The notes under the pieces were generated by a model. That model had not been told where the DNA came from. It worked only from the letters and a program-made list of their open reading frames with translations, and searched no databases. DNA of 64,000 bases, taken from Bacteroidota bacterium (GTDB taxonomy: Bacteria > Bacteroidota > JABWAT01). The DNA is taken from the NCBI GenBank assembly GCA_020161835.1, contig JAIUNL010000004.1, positions 65,049 to 129,048 of the forward strand, written 5' to 3'. How positions within the stretch are numbered: the first letter of the stretch is position 1; each line of letters opens with the position of its first letter. The translations under genes were made by a program, and so were the position numbers. This document shows, piece after piece, positions 46,695 through 57,236 of this stretch.

Positions 46695-49174
46695 TGTCAG
46701 TGTTTCAGGTTTTTAAAGTCCTCACCTTCCACTATTACCGCCGATTTAAACTCCGCTGGATTTTATGCACCGCCGGTGTTGCCATTGGGGTTGCCGTGGC
46801 AACGTCAATCAATCTAACCAGCGACCGTGCGGTTTATTCCTTCTCAGAAACCCTTGAATCGGTAACCGGAACTGCCAACCTTCAGCTTACCGCCGATCCC
46901 GGACTGAGTCCCGATAGTTTATGGTCGGCGTCCTGGATCTGGAAAGTGGGTTATTACTCGCCCTTTATTCAGACAGCAGGGACTTCAAAAGGCAAAACCT
47001 ACCGGTTGTACGGATTTGATTTTGTAGGTGACCGCCGGATCCGCCAGCTGCAGACTTTGCAAAACGATTCAATTAAAACTTCCGTCAATGGCGTTTTTAT
47101 TCCTGTCGATTCCCCTTTGGGCAACGAAGGCGATACCGTCACGATTGTGATTAATGCGGTCCGGTATCAATTGATTATTGCCGGAAAAGTCAGCGCCATC
47201 AGCGGAAAACTTCCGCCACGAAATGCCATTTTTGCCGATCTTTCACTTCTGCTTCCTATCACGAAAACCGTTTCCGGACTCGATATTTCCGTTCCGGCAG
47301 ATTCACTCGATTCTGTTAAAAATAAACTTCAGCTTCAGTTCCCCACCGCCAGAATTGAAACTCTGAACGAGAGAAAACAAACCACAGCCGAACTGTTTTC
47401 TGCATTCCGGATGAATTTGCAGGCGCTGGGTTTAATTGCTCTTCTGGTTTCTGCTTACCTGGTTTACAACACGCTTTTCCTTTCGGTCATTCAAAGGCGG
47501 CAAACCATCAATCTCCTGCTTTCTTTGGGAAGTCACCGCCGTAGTATTTTCATTGCCTTGTTGGTTGAAGGTGCGTTTTTCGGAACGATTGGCGGACTTT
47601 TCGGACTTGCCGCCGGGATTCTGCTGGCTTCTTTGACCTACTCAGAAGTGTCTCAAACCCTGACCGCCGTTTTTCAGCTTTCTGACAGTCAGCTCAGTTC
47701 CTTTTCGTGGATGGCTCTTGCCGGATCGTATCTGACCGGCATCATTTTCGCCACTCTGGCGGCCTGGTATCCGGCATGGCTGGGTTCTGGAACTCCAATT
47801 TCCCGTTCGCTCAAACGCGGACAAAGTGAATTTTCATCAGCCAGATTAAAAAAATCGGTCATCATTGGCGTTTCTGCGCTTCTGTTGGTTTTATTTTCTG
47901 TCTGGATGGCATCGGTTGCAGAAAATCCGCTCTGGGGATATGCAGGCGTTACTTTTTCGATTCTGATGCTGAGCTTTCTTGCGCCTCCTGTTTTAATTTT
48001 ACTTACAAGCCTGCTGAAGAAACTGTCGTCTGCCGGAGAAATTCTGCTGGCAACCTCGTCAGTGAAAGAGCACATGGTGAAAGTTTCGATTGCCGTGGCG
48101 GCTTTAACTATGACGTTAAGTATGGCCGGTGCCGTCGGGATTATGGTTCACTCCTTCCGGACGACTTTGGATGACTGGTTAACCCGATCAATTGTTGCCG
48201 ATATTTATCTCAAATCATCATCCGATCCAACCCAGCTTGTCGGAACGATCAATCCGGACGTGATGGCAATTCTAAGAAATCACCCGATGACTGAAAATGT
48301 GATTACCCTGAGAACAACCCAGATTAAAATTGACGGACTTCTCACTGATATCGGCGCCAACGAAACCTCGGTTTATTTCAAGGCAAGTCCGGCCGATCTG
48401 GTTGCCGGAAATCCTGAGAATCTGGGGCTTCTGCAGAAAAAAGGCGGGGTTGCCGTGAGTGAAGTTTTTGCCAACAAGCACCATCTCACTGCCGGAGACA
48501 CCGTCCACATCCGTCAATATGCCTATCCGATTCTCGCTGTTTACCGGAATTACAGTTCTGACCGTGGATTTTTGCTGATGGATACGCTTCAGTTTTCACA
48601 GCTTTTCGGATATAAAGATCCGACCGCCGCTGCAGTTTTTCTGAAACCCGGAATTTCTTCGGATTCTGCCCTTTTAAGTCTCAGAGATTCCCTGAAAAAT
48701 TTCGAAATGGATTTATCAGTCAACAAAGACATCAGGGAAAATGCGCTGGCGATTTTTGATCAGACATTCAGAATGACACGAATTCTTCAGCTGATTTCGT
48801 TTTTCATTGCTTTACTGGCTGTCATCACCACTTTGAGTTCCATTATTCTTGAGCGGCGGAAGGATTTTGCGACTTTGGTCAGTCTGGGAAGTTCAACTTT
48901 TGGGATGTACCGTTCCTTGGCCATGGAAAGTCTGATTCTCACCGGAACCAGTCTGATTCTGGCTGCCGCCGGAAGTGCTGTGCTTTCTGCCCTGCTCATT
49001 CAGGTTATCAACCGGTATTCGTTTGGCTGGACGATTGTAACCGATATTCCATTTGGTGAACTGGCCTTTACCGGTGTGGTGATGATTCTGGTTTCCCTGA
49101 TTGCAGCAGCCTTCCCGATGAAAATGATCAAAAAACTTAATCTGCCTGAGAATCTGAAAGGAACGATCGGATAA
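46691..49174 (+). CDS. FtsX-like ABC transporter permease (two FtsX modules)
   Basis: 827 aa, ~10 TM segments in two 4-TM FtsX-type blocks separated by large extracytoplasmic domains; overlaps ATPase gene by 4 bp. Confidence 0.75.
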   Translation: MMSVFQVFKVLTFHYYRRFKLRWILCTAGVAIGVAVATSINLTSDRAVYSFSETLESVTGTANLQLTADPGLSPDSLWSASWIWKVGYYSPFIQTAGTSKGKTYRLYGFDFVGDRRIRQLQTLQNDSIKTSVNGVFIPVDSPLGNEGDTVTIVINAVRYQLIIAGKVSAISGKLPPRNAIFADLSLLLPITKTVSGLDISVPADSLDSVKNKLQLQFPTARIETLNERKQTTAELFSAFRMNLQALGLIALLVSAYLVYNTLFLSVIQRRQTINLLLSLGSHRRSIFIALLVEGAFFGTIGGLFGLAAGILLASLTYSEVSQTLTAVFQLSDSQLSSFSWMALAGSYLTGIIFATLAAWYPAWLGSGTPISRSLKRGQSEFSSARLKKSVIIGVSALLLVLFSVWMASVAENPLWGYAGVTFSILMLSFLAPPVLILLTSLLKKLSSAGEILLATSSVKEHMVKVSIAVAALTMTLSMAGAVGIMVHSFRTTLDDWLTRSIVADIYLKSSSDPTQLVGTINPDVMAILRNHPMTENVITLRTTQIKIDGLLTDIGANETSVYFKASPADLVAGNPENLGLLQKKGGVAVSEVFANKHHLTAGDTVHIRQYAYPILAVYRNYSSDRGFLLMDTLQFSQLFGYKDPTAAAVFLKPGISSDSALLSLRDSLKNFEMDLSVNKDIRENALAIFDQTFRMTRILQLISFFIALLAVITTLSSIILERRKDFATLVSLGSSTFGMYRSLAMESLILTGTSLILAAAGSAVLSALLIQVINRYSFGWTIVTDIPFGELAFTGVVMILVSLIAAAFPMKMIKKLNLPENLKGTIG

Positions 49175-49235
49175 TGGTTCATGGTCAATTGTTAATGGTT
49201 AATGGAAAACAATTTTCACTGAATATTTTTTGAGC

Positions 49236-49324
49236 ATGTCATCCTGAGTGATCCCGATCCCGAACGCTTTCGGGACGGGATTGTATCGAAGGACGACATG
49301 CCCCGAAAGTCAGGAAAGTGCCCT
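49236..49324. repeat. ~90-bp palindromic element (GTCATCCTGAGTGATCCCGATCCCGAACGCTTTCGGGACGGGATTGTATCGAAGG...GAAAGTGCCC); second copy at 57084-57171
   Basis: Two copies ~85% identical seen in sequence. Confidence 0.75.
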
Positions 49325-49473
49325 GTATTTTCAGATAATTGTACTTGAGTAACTGAAATCTGGTAATGAAAGTCCCCCTTTGCGATTAATTCCCCCCGTA
49401 ATTTTTCCCCGTTTTGCACATCTGTTACTTCCTTTGTACTTTTAGTCCGTAAGCTTACTAAAGAAACCGGCCC

Positions 49474-50016
49474 ATGAAAAAGCTCATTTTTCTCTTTGGA
49501 TTTTTAACCCTTTTTTCCTGTTCTGATGAAGAGGATACCAAAAAAAGCACAGGGGGAAATCAAATCACTCCGGATTCGGTAAAAAACATCGGGACACTTT
49601 CATTTTCCATTGACGAAAAAGGAAAAACTGCTGCCATTTCGGGGTTGTATTATCACCGGATCCTGAAAAAATACCTGTTTTCGTATTCGGACGGGGTTCA
49701 GCATGCGGGCGGGATTTATGGTTTTTTCACCTTGAATACGCTGCAGACCGGAGTTCAAAACTGGTCTGATATTGATTCATCCAAAGCAATCATTTATTCA
49801 GTTTTTACAGGATTTGACCCTGAGTTTGAAACCAGATATTACAGCGTTCCCGATTCAGGAAAAACGGAAGTCGTTTCGTCTGATCAAAATGAAATTAAAG
49901 GCGTTTTTTCGGGGAAAATACTCAGTCCGGGAAAAGGATCAGCTCAGACCATCTCAGGGTCTTTTTCAGTAAAAAATAAACCGGATTCACTCAGTTTTGT
50001 TTTTGGATATTATTGA
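49474..50016 (+). CDS. hypothetical lipoprotein
   Basis: Signal peptide + lipobox (LFSCSD); 180 aa. Confidence 0.4.
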   Translation: MKKLIFLFGFLTLFSCSDEEDTKKSTGGNQITPDSVKNIGTLSFSIDEKGKTAAISGLYYHRILKKYLFSYSDGVQHAGGIYGFFTLNTLQTGVQNWSDIDSSKAIIYSVFTGFDPEFETRYYSVPDSGKTEVVSSDQNEIKGVFSGKILSPGKGSAQTISGSFSVKNKPDSLSFVFGYY

Positions 50017-50025
50017 AATTAACCT

Positions 50026-50871
50026 TTATTTTGAAAAATCACCGCCCATGGTCAATCTGACGCCCCCAATTATGAAGTTATTCTTAATACTATTCTCAAT
50101 AAAATCCTTTTTAAAATACTTAACACCAAAGATATCCAATTTAATGAACGGATAAATTCCAGAAAAACCATTTTCTAAATCATTTGAAAAATGAATTATG
50201 TTTGTGAAGGAATTTCGAAGGTTAAAACTGAAATAACCTTTTTCCAGAAAATAGTTTCTACTATAATAATAAAACATGTAACTGAGTTGATCCGTTGAAT
50301 ATCCGAGGTTGTCAAAAAAATACAACAGTTTTGTTTTCTTTTTCGTATCAGCAAAAAACCTACCTATAATCCTTTTTTTTCCTTCAAATTCAGTGGTGTC
50401 AATTCTTAATAAATTTATTTCTGGAATCGGCATTTCTATTGTCGTAACCCTTGGGAAAACGATCCAAAGGCTATCCTGATGAAAAGAGTCACCAACTACC
50501 AATTTCACAGAATCCTGATCAGATCCATTATCTGAATAGTTTATTAAAAAAGAACCTGAAGCATATCCCAACTCCTGTGAAATATTCCGATAGTACGAGT
50601 TAATAATTTTGGTTGATTGTGAAGGAAGAAATTGAAAAAAGAGGTACGATTTTTCCTGAACCCTGTCAGTTTGGTACCTAAAATGTTGATTAATAGTGAA
50701 GGAAATAATTACCTCATCCATTCTCTTTTCGCTTCGATCTATTCCAACATTTACATAGTAATAATATCTGGTTTCATCAACTCGTTTTGAAAGAGTTTCC
50801 TCCTCAAAATTGAACTCACACGCAGCCACTAACATGCTGCCCAGAAAAATAAGGATAAATCTTAAAACCAT
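50026..50871 (-). CDS. hypothetical protein (AT-rich; possible lipoprotein partner of the upstream OMP)
   Basis: 281 aa, overlaps upstream gene stop by 10 bp; Tyr/Asn/Phe-rich. Confidence 0.4.
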   Translation of the reverse strand: MVLRFILIFLGSMLVAACEFNFEEETLSKRVDETRYYYYVNVGIDRSEKRMDEVIISFTINQHFRYQTDRVQEKSYLFFQFLPSQSTKIINSYYRNISQELGYASGSFLINYSDNGSDQDSVKLVVGDSFHQDSLWIVFPRVTTIEMPIPEINLLRIDTTEFEGKKRIIGRFFADTKKKTKLLYFFDNLGYSTDQLSYMFYYYSRNYFLEKGYFSFNLRNSFTNIIHFSNDLENGFSGIYPFIKLDIFGVKYFKKDFIENSIKNNFIIGGVRLTMGGDFSK

Positions 50872-53252
50872 AACCGAAATCCCAAAGTAGGAATAATTGG
50901 AATCATAGAATACTGTTTTCGTTTTATGGTCATTTTATCCGAAAAAAATGAGTATGAATTATTTTCTAAGTAGTTGTATATAATTGATGGATTTGCCCTG
51001 GATAAAACATTGTAAATCTGAAAAATAAATTCTCCATTAAAATTTCCTGATTCAGATTCAAATTTGCGGGTTAGACCAAGGTCAACCCGGAACCTATAGG
51101 GGAACTTGTTATCCCATGATAATATAATATTATCGGTACTAATTTTTTCAATTTGGGAAAACCAGGAACCCGAGTCCCAAAAACAATCGGCTGAAAACTT
51201 CCATTTCAAAATTGGAGACCAATACATAAAAAATCCTGCCTGAATATTTGCTGCATCTGGTGAATTCTCCCAGGAATAAACTCTTTCATTAATACTTTTC
51301 CCCCAATAAACGGGGACTCTCTGGAGGGACTTCAGAATTCTCAAATTTGTTTTATACCCAGCAATTTCTCCTGATTTTTCATATTCCAACTCAAGCCCAA
51401 CTCGTTTTGAATCTGAAAACCCACCTGGAATAAAGTTTTCGTATTCCCTTTCATAACCTTCTTTATAATTTACATTTCCTTTTTCAACACTCGCTATAAT
51501 ATAAATTCGCTGACCTGCATAGTACACATTTTCAGAAAATTCAAAAAATAAAGAGCCCTTCACTTTGCTCACATCATTGACGGCACCAGAAAATGCAAAT
51601 TCAATGCCATGGACGACCAGAATTTGGTCGTTCCCCGTAGCTGGCTCGAATAAAAATAATCCGGGAGTCATCACATTTGACATATTCAGATTGTATTCGA
51701 ATTGTATTTTTCTGCTAAGGGTCAGGGAAAGAATGATCGGATCAAGAGAGTTAACTGAAAGGGTATAATCGCCACTCCAGCCTGTTAAAAGGGCAGGTTT
51801 TTTTTCTTTTTGCAGATTGTAACCAGTATAACTCCAAATTAAAGAAGAAAAATCTTCATCATTATTGCTACCCATTACCTTCATGGGTGAATCTGACCTG
51901 ACAAGATGAAATTTTAAACCACCATTACCGGTTAACCCCGGTAAAAGCTGATTACCCATTTTGAAATATACAAATCCCTGAGTTGTTTTGGAATCAAGTG
52001 CAGAACCTATTAAAAAAAAGGGGATCGCATTCCGTTTATTTAATATCACTGAAACGCCTGTTACCAGTTGTAACCCACTGTCAGAAATCAGACCCAACTC
52101 GGAATTTAAACCGGCAGCATTTCCCTCAGAACGTGAGAAATCATATTTTTGTGTATTTTTCCCATTTAGCGTTTCATTGTAAAAAAATAGTTTGTTTTTT
52201 AAAGCAAGTCGGGCATTGATTTGCCGGGATCCGGTTACTTCAAACCCCGTATAATTCCATTCAAATTTATCAGTGATCAACTTACTGGCAGAATTTCCAC
52301 CCGATCCATTTTTCCAGGACAAATTATCAATAAAAAACAAGCTTGTAAAACTCAGTTTCCATCCGTTTTCAGGATTATACCCACCTGAAATCAGGAAATC
52401 ATCAAAATGATAAAGAGGCAATGGCTGATCTGATCCTGAAAAAAGTCCTTTTACAATCAAATCAACATAGGTTCTTCTGAAACCGGCCCGAATATATCCG
52501 TTATCAGTTACCGGACCTGAAACTGAAAATTGAGAAGAAATCAGACCCGCACCTGTGCTGAATGCCCATTTATTAGGTTGATATTGGGGTGTATTCATCG
52601 AAATAACAGCTCCCGAAACCGGTAAACTCCATCCGGGATGTGAGCTTCCATAAGTTTCAACAGATTCGAGCAGATCACCCTGAATTGCACTGATAAACCC
52701 GCCGGCATGCCAGGGATTGGGCACAGGTAAACCATTTAAATAGATCGAGGACTGATAGGGGAAATTTCCCCTGAAAAAAAGCATGCCCTGTCCTTCATTC
52801 GCCGTATTGAAAGCCGGCGAAACAGAAACAAGACGCAAGGGATCACGCTCACCGGCAAAATAATTTCCCTCAGCGAGCTTTTCTGCCGGCAACAAAGAAA
52901 GAACCTGATCAACCGACCTTTCGCCGGTCACCTGAACAAAAGATAGAGGAATATCTTCTGGTTTTAGGAGAATGCGGAACTGTGAGGAATACAAGTCAGT
53001 TTGAATGACTTGGGTTTTGTAACCCAAATGAGAAATCCGGATTTCAGAATTGGCTGAAAGATGAATTTTAAACACCGAGTCCGAATTTACAATCAAAGAA
53101 ACCGGGGAGGGATTGCACAAAACCCGGGCATCAGGGAGCTTTAATCCGGTAACGGAGTCAATAACCGTCAGAATCACGGTTTGTGCCCGTACTTCCTGTG
53201 AAAAACAGGTTGCCAAAGCAAGAAGGATAAAAAAGAGGAGGACTCTTTTCAA
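50862..53252 (-). CDS. TonB-dependent receptor-like outer membrane protein with N-terminal carboxypeptidase-regulatory-like domain
   Basis: Signal peptide, TVILTVIDSVTGLKLPDARV N-domain, 796 aa, C-terminal LGFRLWF. Confidence 0.55.
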   Translation of the reverse strand: MKRVLLFFILLALATCFSQEVRAQTVILTVIDSVTGLKLPDARVLCNPSPVSLIVNSDSVFKIHLSANSEIRISHLGYKTQVIQTDLYSSQFRILLKPEDIPLSFVQVTGERSVDQVLSLLPAEKLAEGNYFAGERDPLRLVSVSPAFNTANEGQGMLFFRGNFPYQSSIYLNGLPVPNPWHAGGFISAIQGDLLESVETYGSSHPGWSLPVSGAVISMNTPQYQPNKWAFSTGAGLISSQFSVSGPVTDNGYIRAGFRRTYVDLIVKGLFSGSDQPLPLYHFDDFLISGGYNPENGWKLSFTSLFFIDNLSWKNGSGGNSASKLITDKFEWNYTGFEVTGSRQINARLALKNKLFFYNETLNGKNTQKYDFSRSEGNAAGLNSELGLISDSGLQLVTGVSVILNKRNAIPFFLIGSALDSKTTQGFVYFKMGNQLLPGLTGNGGLKFHLVRSDSPMKVMGSNNDEDFSSLIWSYTGYNLQKEKKPALLTGWSGDYTLSVNSLDPIILSLTLSRKIQFEYNLNMSNVMTPGLFLFEPATGNDQILVVHGIEFAFSGAVNDVSKVKGSLFFEFSENVYYAGQRIYIIASVEKGNVNYKEGYEREYENFIPGGFSDSKRVGLELEYEKSGEIAGYKTNLRILKSLQRVPVYWGKSINERVYSWENSPDAANIQAGFFMYWSPILKWKFSADCFWDSGSWFSQIEKISTDNIILSWDNKFPYRFRVDLGLTRKFESESGNFNGEFIFQIYNVLSRANPSIIYNYLENNSYSFFSDKMTIKRKQYSMIPIIPTLGFRLWF

Positions 53253-53345
53253 AAGGGATCTTCCATAAATTAAAAAATAATCACCAATATTTGGTATTTT
53301 TCCCTGAATTCCAATTTTGTACCTTTAAAAGAAAAGGAAGTTTCC

Positions 53346-53804
53346 ATGAAGAATCATTACATCAAGCTTTTCAATTATGATAACTGGGCAACCTCACGTC
53401 TTATTGAAGCTGCAGAATCAGTTCAGAATGACCCTAAATTACAAGATCTGATCAGTCATATGATTACCGCCAGAATTGTCTGGTTGGGACGGATAAAAAC
53501 GGATAGTTCATCGGCAACATCATGGAATCCAAGGGAATTATCAGAGAACATCCTGCTTTTCAAAGAAAATCAGGATAATTGGGAAGGTTTTCTTGACCAG
53601 ATAACTGAAACCGATTTACGTGGATTAATCCATTACAAAAACATAAAAGGTGACCCGTTTTCGGGAGTTCTGAAGGACATTCTGACTCATTTGATTAATC
53701 ACTCAACTTATCACCGGGGTCAGATTGCCACACGGCTTAAAGAATTGGGTGTAAAAGTTCCGCCAACTGATTTTATCGTTTTTACCCGGGAAGAAAAAAA
53801 ATGA
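53346..53804 (+). CDS. DinB family protein (DinB_2/YfiT-like four-helix bundle)
   Basis: C-terminal HLINHSTYHRGQIATRLKELG motif; 152 aa. Confidence 0.65.
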   Translation: MKNHYIKLFNYDNWATSRLIEAAESVQNDPKLQDLISHMITARIVWLGRIKTDSSSATSWNPRELSENILLFKENQDNWEGFLDQITETDLRGLIHYKNIKGDPFSGVLKDILTHLINHSTYHRGQIATRLKELGVKVPPTDFIVFTREEKK

Positions 53805-54163
53805 ATCCGATTTTAATTGCCGCCATTTTTGGATTTTTGGCCGTTACACTTGGTGCTTTCGGTGCCCACGCACTTAAACCTTATCTGAATGAGTATGCAA
53901 AAGGAATCTGGCAAACTGCAGTTTTCTATCATTTCATTCACTCAATTGCCATTCTGGCGGTCGGAATTCTTGCAAAGATCAAACCGGAATTAAAAGTGAA
54001 TTTTATCTGTTTGTGTTTTACAGCAGGTATTTTGCTTTTTTCGGGAAGTCTCTATCTGCTGGCCCTCACTGACCTTAAGTGGCTGGGCATGGTTACGCCC
54101 CTTGGCGGACTCGCATTCCTTACCGGATGGGGAATGTTAGCCTGGAAATCCACCCGGACATGA
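53801..54163 (+). CDS. DUF423 domain membrane protein
   Basis: ILIAAIFGFLAVTLGAFGAHALK N-terminus and 4 TM segments typical of DUF423; 120 aa. Confidence 0.75.
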   Translation: MNPILIAAIFGFLAVTLGAFGAHALKPYLNEYAKGIWQTAVFYHFIHSIAILAVGILAKIKPELKVNFICLCFTAGILLFSGSLYLLALTDLKWLGMVTPLGGLAFLTGWGMLAWKSTRT

Positions 54164-54310
54164 TTTCTATTGTTTACTGTTACTTCGGCGGATAAAGTGG
54201 AATTGCGGCCTTCGATAAAATCCTGCAAGCAGGATCACTCAGGCTGACAGTTCCGGATTTTCACGAATTGAATTTACTTGCCGGATTAATAATTACCCGA
54301 AGGGGGATTT

Positions 54311-54916
54311 ATGAAAACTGTTTCTTTCACCGCACTTTCTTTTTTCTTTCTTTTTGCCGGTTGCGGCAGCTCATCCAATTCGCTAGTCTCTCAGGAGCAA
54401 ATCACTGAAAATGGTGGAATCCGTGTTCATGCACAATTTTATCCGGATTCAACATCCGGGTCAACCCAATATTTAACTATTGGATTGACGAAAACCACCG
54501 ATTCAGTTGTTGTTTTTTACCTGCCGGTTAGAAATGACGATCAGTTTGCCCAACTCAACATTCAGCAAGCCCCTGACAAGATCACCAAAAAATTTCCGGG
54601 ACAAGCTGATTTCATGTACACTCCCAAAGATGGATATACAAATCCGCTTCAGTTTGGTGTAAAAGGCTGGGAAGAAACCAAATGGATCACCTGGGATTTC
54701 TGGAAAACAAACAAAGTCATCACCCAGTTCAACATTCCGGCAGATGTTACAGACGGCGTTTTCACCTTTGGATTCAGAATGCTCCAGTTCAATGAAAAAC
54801 CTGCAGATGGTACCAATTTAAATAGTCTTGCCTTCCGGGATGAATACCGTTCCGGCAAAATCTCGGTCATTATCCAAAACCGAAAACTGGCCGGAATCAA
54901 AACCCTGGGGAAATAA
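54311..54916 (+). CDS. hypothetical lipoprotein
   Basis: Signal peptide + lipobox (LFAGCGSS). Confidence 0.45.
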   Translation: MKTVSFTALSFFFLFAGCGSSSNSLVSQEQITENGGIRVHAQFYPDSTSGSTQYLTIGLTKTTDSVVVFYLPVRNDDQFAQLNIQQAPDKITKKFPGQADFMYTPKDGYTNPLQFGVKGWEETKWITWDFWKTNKVITQFNIPADVTDGVFTFGFRMLQFNEKPADGTNLNSLAFRDEYRSGKISVIIQNRKLAGIKTLGK

Positions 54917-55119
54917 TTGACTGGTCACTGAGTCCCGATTTTCGGGAAAGTGCCCGGTCAACTGTGACAAGTCGAGCGAAGCGAAGATCCCGAATTAACT
55001 TCGGGGTGGTAAGTTCAGACTAATACAGCTCCAATCCCACGTCTGTGATTGGGGTGACAGGCAGTAGAACCTTACGTTTGATTTTTTCAGATTGAATAGT
55101 AACTTTCGGAATCTATTTT

Positions 55120-55335
55120 TTGAGGATTATTATGTCTTACAAATTCTTTGGCTTGGCACTTCTTTTACTATCTGCCTGTTCTTCAAACAAAACTGAATCC
55201 CCTGAAATTACATCCGATAGTTTATCGGTTTCCAAACCTGACTCAGTTGTTTCCTTACCGGATTCAGTTTCATCCCTTGATGAACAAACCAAAAAAACTG
55301 AAGAAAAAGTAAACGATTTATTGAAGGGAATCTAA
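55120..55335 (+). CDS. small hypothetical lipoprotein
   Basis: Signal peptide + lipobox (LLSACSS); 71 aa; 2-bp spacing to next gene. Confidence 0.35.
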   Translation: MRIIMSYKFFGLALLLLSACSSNKTESPEITSDSLSVSKPDSVVSLPDSVSSLDEQTKKTEEKVNDLLKGI

Positions 55336-55337
55336 AT

Positions 55338-55832
55338 ATGAAACTACAGATTATATTTTTACTGACCTTCATTTTACTGGTTTCAACGGGTTCCATTGCA
55401 CAGCACAAACCTGAAATAGCGGGCGAAAAGGGTAAAAAGGAAAAAAGTCATCCAGAAAAATCTTCAAAAGGCAATAAATCAGAGAAAGAATCCCGTGAGG
55501 ACGATGAAGATGACAAAGGCCAAAAGGGAAATGCCTATGGGAAGGACAAGGGTGAATTGAGTGGTAAGGAATTTGGAGAAAAACGGTCAGAAGAAGCCAA
55601 ATCTTCAAAAAAACAAAAAGTAAAAAAAGAAGTTTACGATTCCTCAAAAAAGAAAACCTCTGAGCTTAAGGAAAAAATCAAAAAGGCAAAAGATAAAATT
55701 TCCAAAGAACGTAAATCAGGAAAAGTGACTGAAAAGGAACTTAAAGAAAAAGAAGACCGGATCAAGGAAGCTGAAAAGGAAGTTGAAAAACTTGAATCTG
55801 TAATTGAGAACAGCGACCCCGCCATTGAATAG
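55338..55832 (+). CDS. secreted Lys/Glu-rich low-complexity protein
   Basis: Signal peptide then 140 aa of K/E/S/D-rich sequence predicted coiled-coil/disordered. Confidence 0.4.
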   Translation: MKLQIIFLLTFILLVSTGSIAQHKPEIAGEKGKKEKSHPEKSSKGNKSEKESREDDEDDKGQKGNAYGKDKGELSGKEFGEKRSEEAKSSKKQKVKKEVYDSSKKKTSELKEKIKKAKDKISKERKSGKVTEKELKEKEDRIKEAEKEVEKLESVIENSDPAIE

Positions 55833-55850
55833 CAGGAAAAATTGAATTAT

Positions 55851-55895
55851 AACCCGTATCCAGGCTAATCGGATACGGGTTTATCCCCGTTTATT
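55851..55895 (+). terminator. hairpin AACCCGTATCC..GGATACGGGTT followed by T-containing tail
   Basis: 11-bp perfect stem 19 bp after stop of the K/E-rich protein gene. Confidence 0.45.
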
Positions 55896-56040
55896 GCGTT
55901 CCCCACGACCCTCCAACCAAAGTCTAATGTCATTTCTTTGATCTGAAAGCGGATTCCCCGTAATTTTGCAACACTTTAATTCAATAACAATGAATTCCGG
56001 ATCGTTTGTGATGGAATTCCCCGATCGTAGGAGATGTGAG

Positions 56041-57024
56041 ATGAGTGAGATTCGCCATGACTGGACCCGGGAAGAAATCCGTGTTCTGTTCGACCGCCCG
56101 CTTTTAGACCTCGTTTTTGAAGCTGCATCAGTTCACCGCCAGCATCATAATGCCAGTGAAGTTCAATGGTCAACTCTGGTTTCTGTAAAAACAGGTGGCT
56201 GCCCCGAAGATTGTGGTTACTGCAGTCAATCTGCCCATTATGATACACCGGTTGACCGTACCCCATTAATGAATGTCGAAGAAGTGCTTGAAGCTGCCCG
56301 GATTGCCAAAGCAAACGGTTCAACCCGTCTTTGTATGGGTGCAGCATGGCGTTCCCCACGTCCCGGCAAAGACTGGGATCAGGTTCTTGACATGGTTCGT
56401 CAGGTCAATGCAATGGGAATGGAAAGTTGTGTAACTCTCGGAATGTTAAACGAAGAACAAGCAAAACAACTTGCCGAAGCCGGACTTACGAATTACAACC
56501 ACAATATTGACACCTCTCCCGAATTTTACGAAAAAATCATTTCCACCCGGAAATTTGATGATCGTATCAAAACCATTGAAAATGTTCAGAAAGCCGGAAT
56601 TGGTGTTTGTTCAGGCGGCATCATGGGATTGGGCGAATCCACAGAAGACCGCGTCGGATTTATTCATACGTTGGCAACACTTGCCAAACATCCCGATTCA
56701 GTACCGATCAATGCGTTGGTAGCCGTTGAAGGAACTCCCCTTTCGAACCGGCCCCCGGTTGAATCTTTTGAATTTATCAGAATGATTGCTGTTGCCCGGA
56801 TTACTATGCCCGGCTCAATGGTTCGTCTTTCTGCCGGTCGTCTTACCCTGACAGAAGAAGCTCAGGCTATGTGCTTCCTTGCTGGTGCGAATTCCATTTT
56901 TACCGGCGAAACCCTGCTGACAACTGAAAATCCGGGTTTTGATCAGGATCAGAGTTTGCTCAAAAAGCTCGGACTAAAAAGCCAGCCACTTCACGCCGTC
57001 GAACTGGATTTGTGCAAAGCGTAA
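56041..57024 (+). CDS. bioB: biotin synthase
   Basis: Radical-SAM CxxxCxxC ([13 protein letters not shown]), downstream [12 protein letters not shown] and biotin synthase C-terminal motifs; start chosen at MSEIRHD (ORF-track start 55966 is probably too far upstream). Confidence 0.85.
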   Translation: MSEIRHDWTREEIRVLFDRPLLDLVFEAASVHRQHHNASEVQWSTLVSVKTGGCPEDCGYCSQSAHYDTPVDRTPLMNVEEVLEAARIAKANGSTRLCMGAAWRSPRPGKDWDQVLDMVRQVNAMGMESCVTLGMLNEEQAKQLAEAGLTNYNHNIDTSPEFYEKIISTRKFDDRIKTIENVQKAGIGVCSGGIMGLGESTEDRVGFIHTLATLAKHPDSVPINALVAVEGTPLSNRPPVESFEFIRMIAVARITMPGSMVRLSAGRLTLTEEAQAMCFLAGANSIFTGETLLTTENPGFDQDQSLLKKLGLKSQPLHAVELDLCKA

Positions 57025-57083
57025 AATCAGTTATAAGTTACAAGTGGTAAGTTACAAGTGATTTAATATCGGACTTCAAGCTT

Positions 57084-57171
57084 GGTACCCCGAGTGATCC
57101 TGATCCCGAACGTTTTCGGGACAGGATTGTATCGAGGGGCGCCGTGCCCCGGACCTTCGGGGAAGTGCCCG
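57084..57171. repeat. second copy of the ~90-bp palindromic element seen at 49236-49324
   Basis: Direct comparison. Confidence 0.75.
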
Positions 57172-57236
57172 ATTTCATTTTCAGAATAGTACGCAATTAA
57201 TTCCCCTCCTTCTCAAGGAGGGGTGTCCCGGCCCGC

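Noticed and set aside
55966-56040. ORF-track N-terminal extension of bioB ([25 protein letters not shown])
   Set aside because: Biotin synthases start near MSEIRHDW..; the upstream 25 codons overlap a promoter/intergenic region and have no homology-like character; start moved to 56041.
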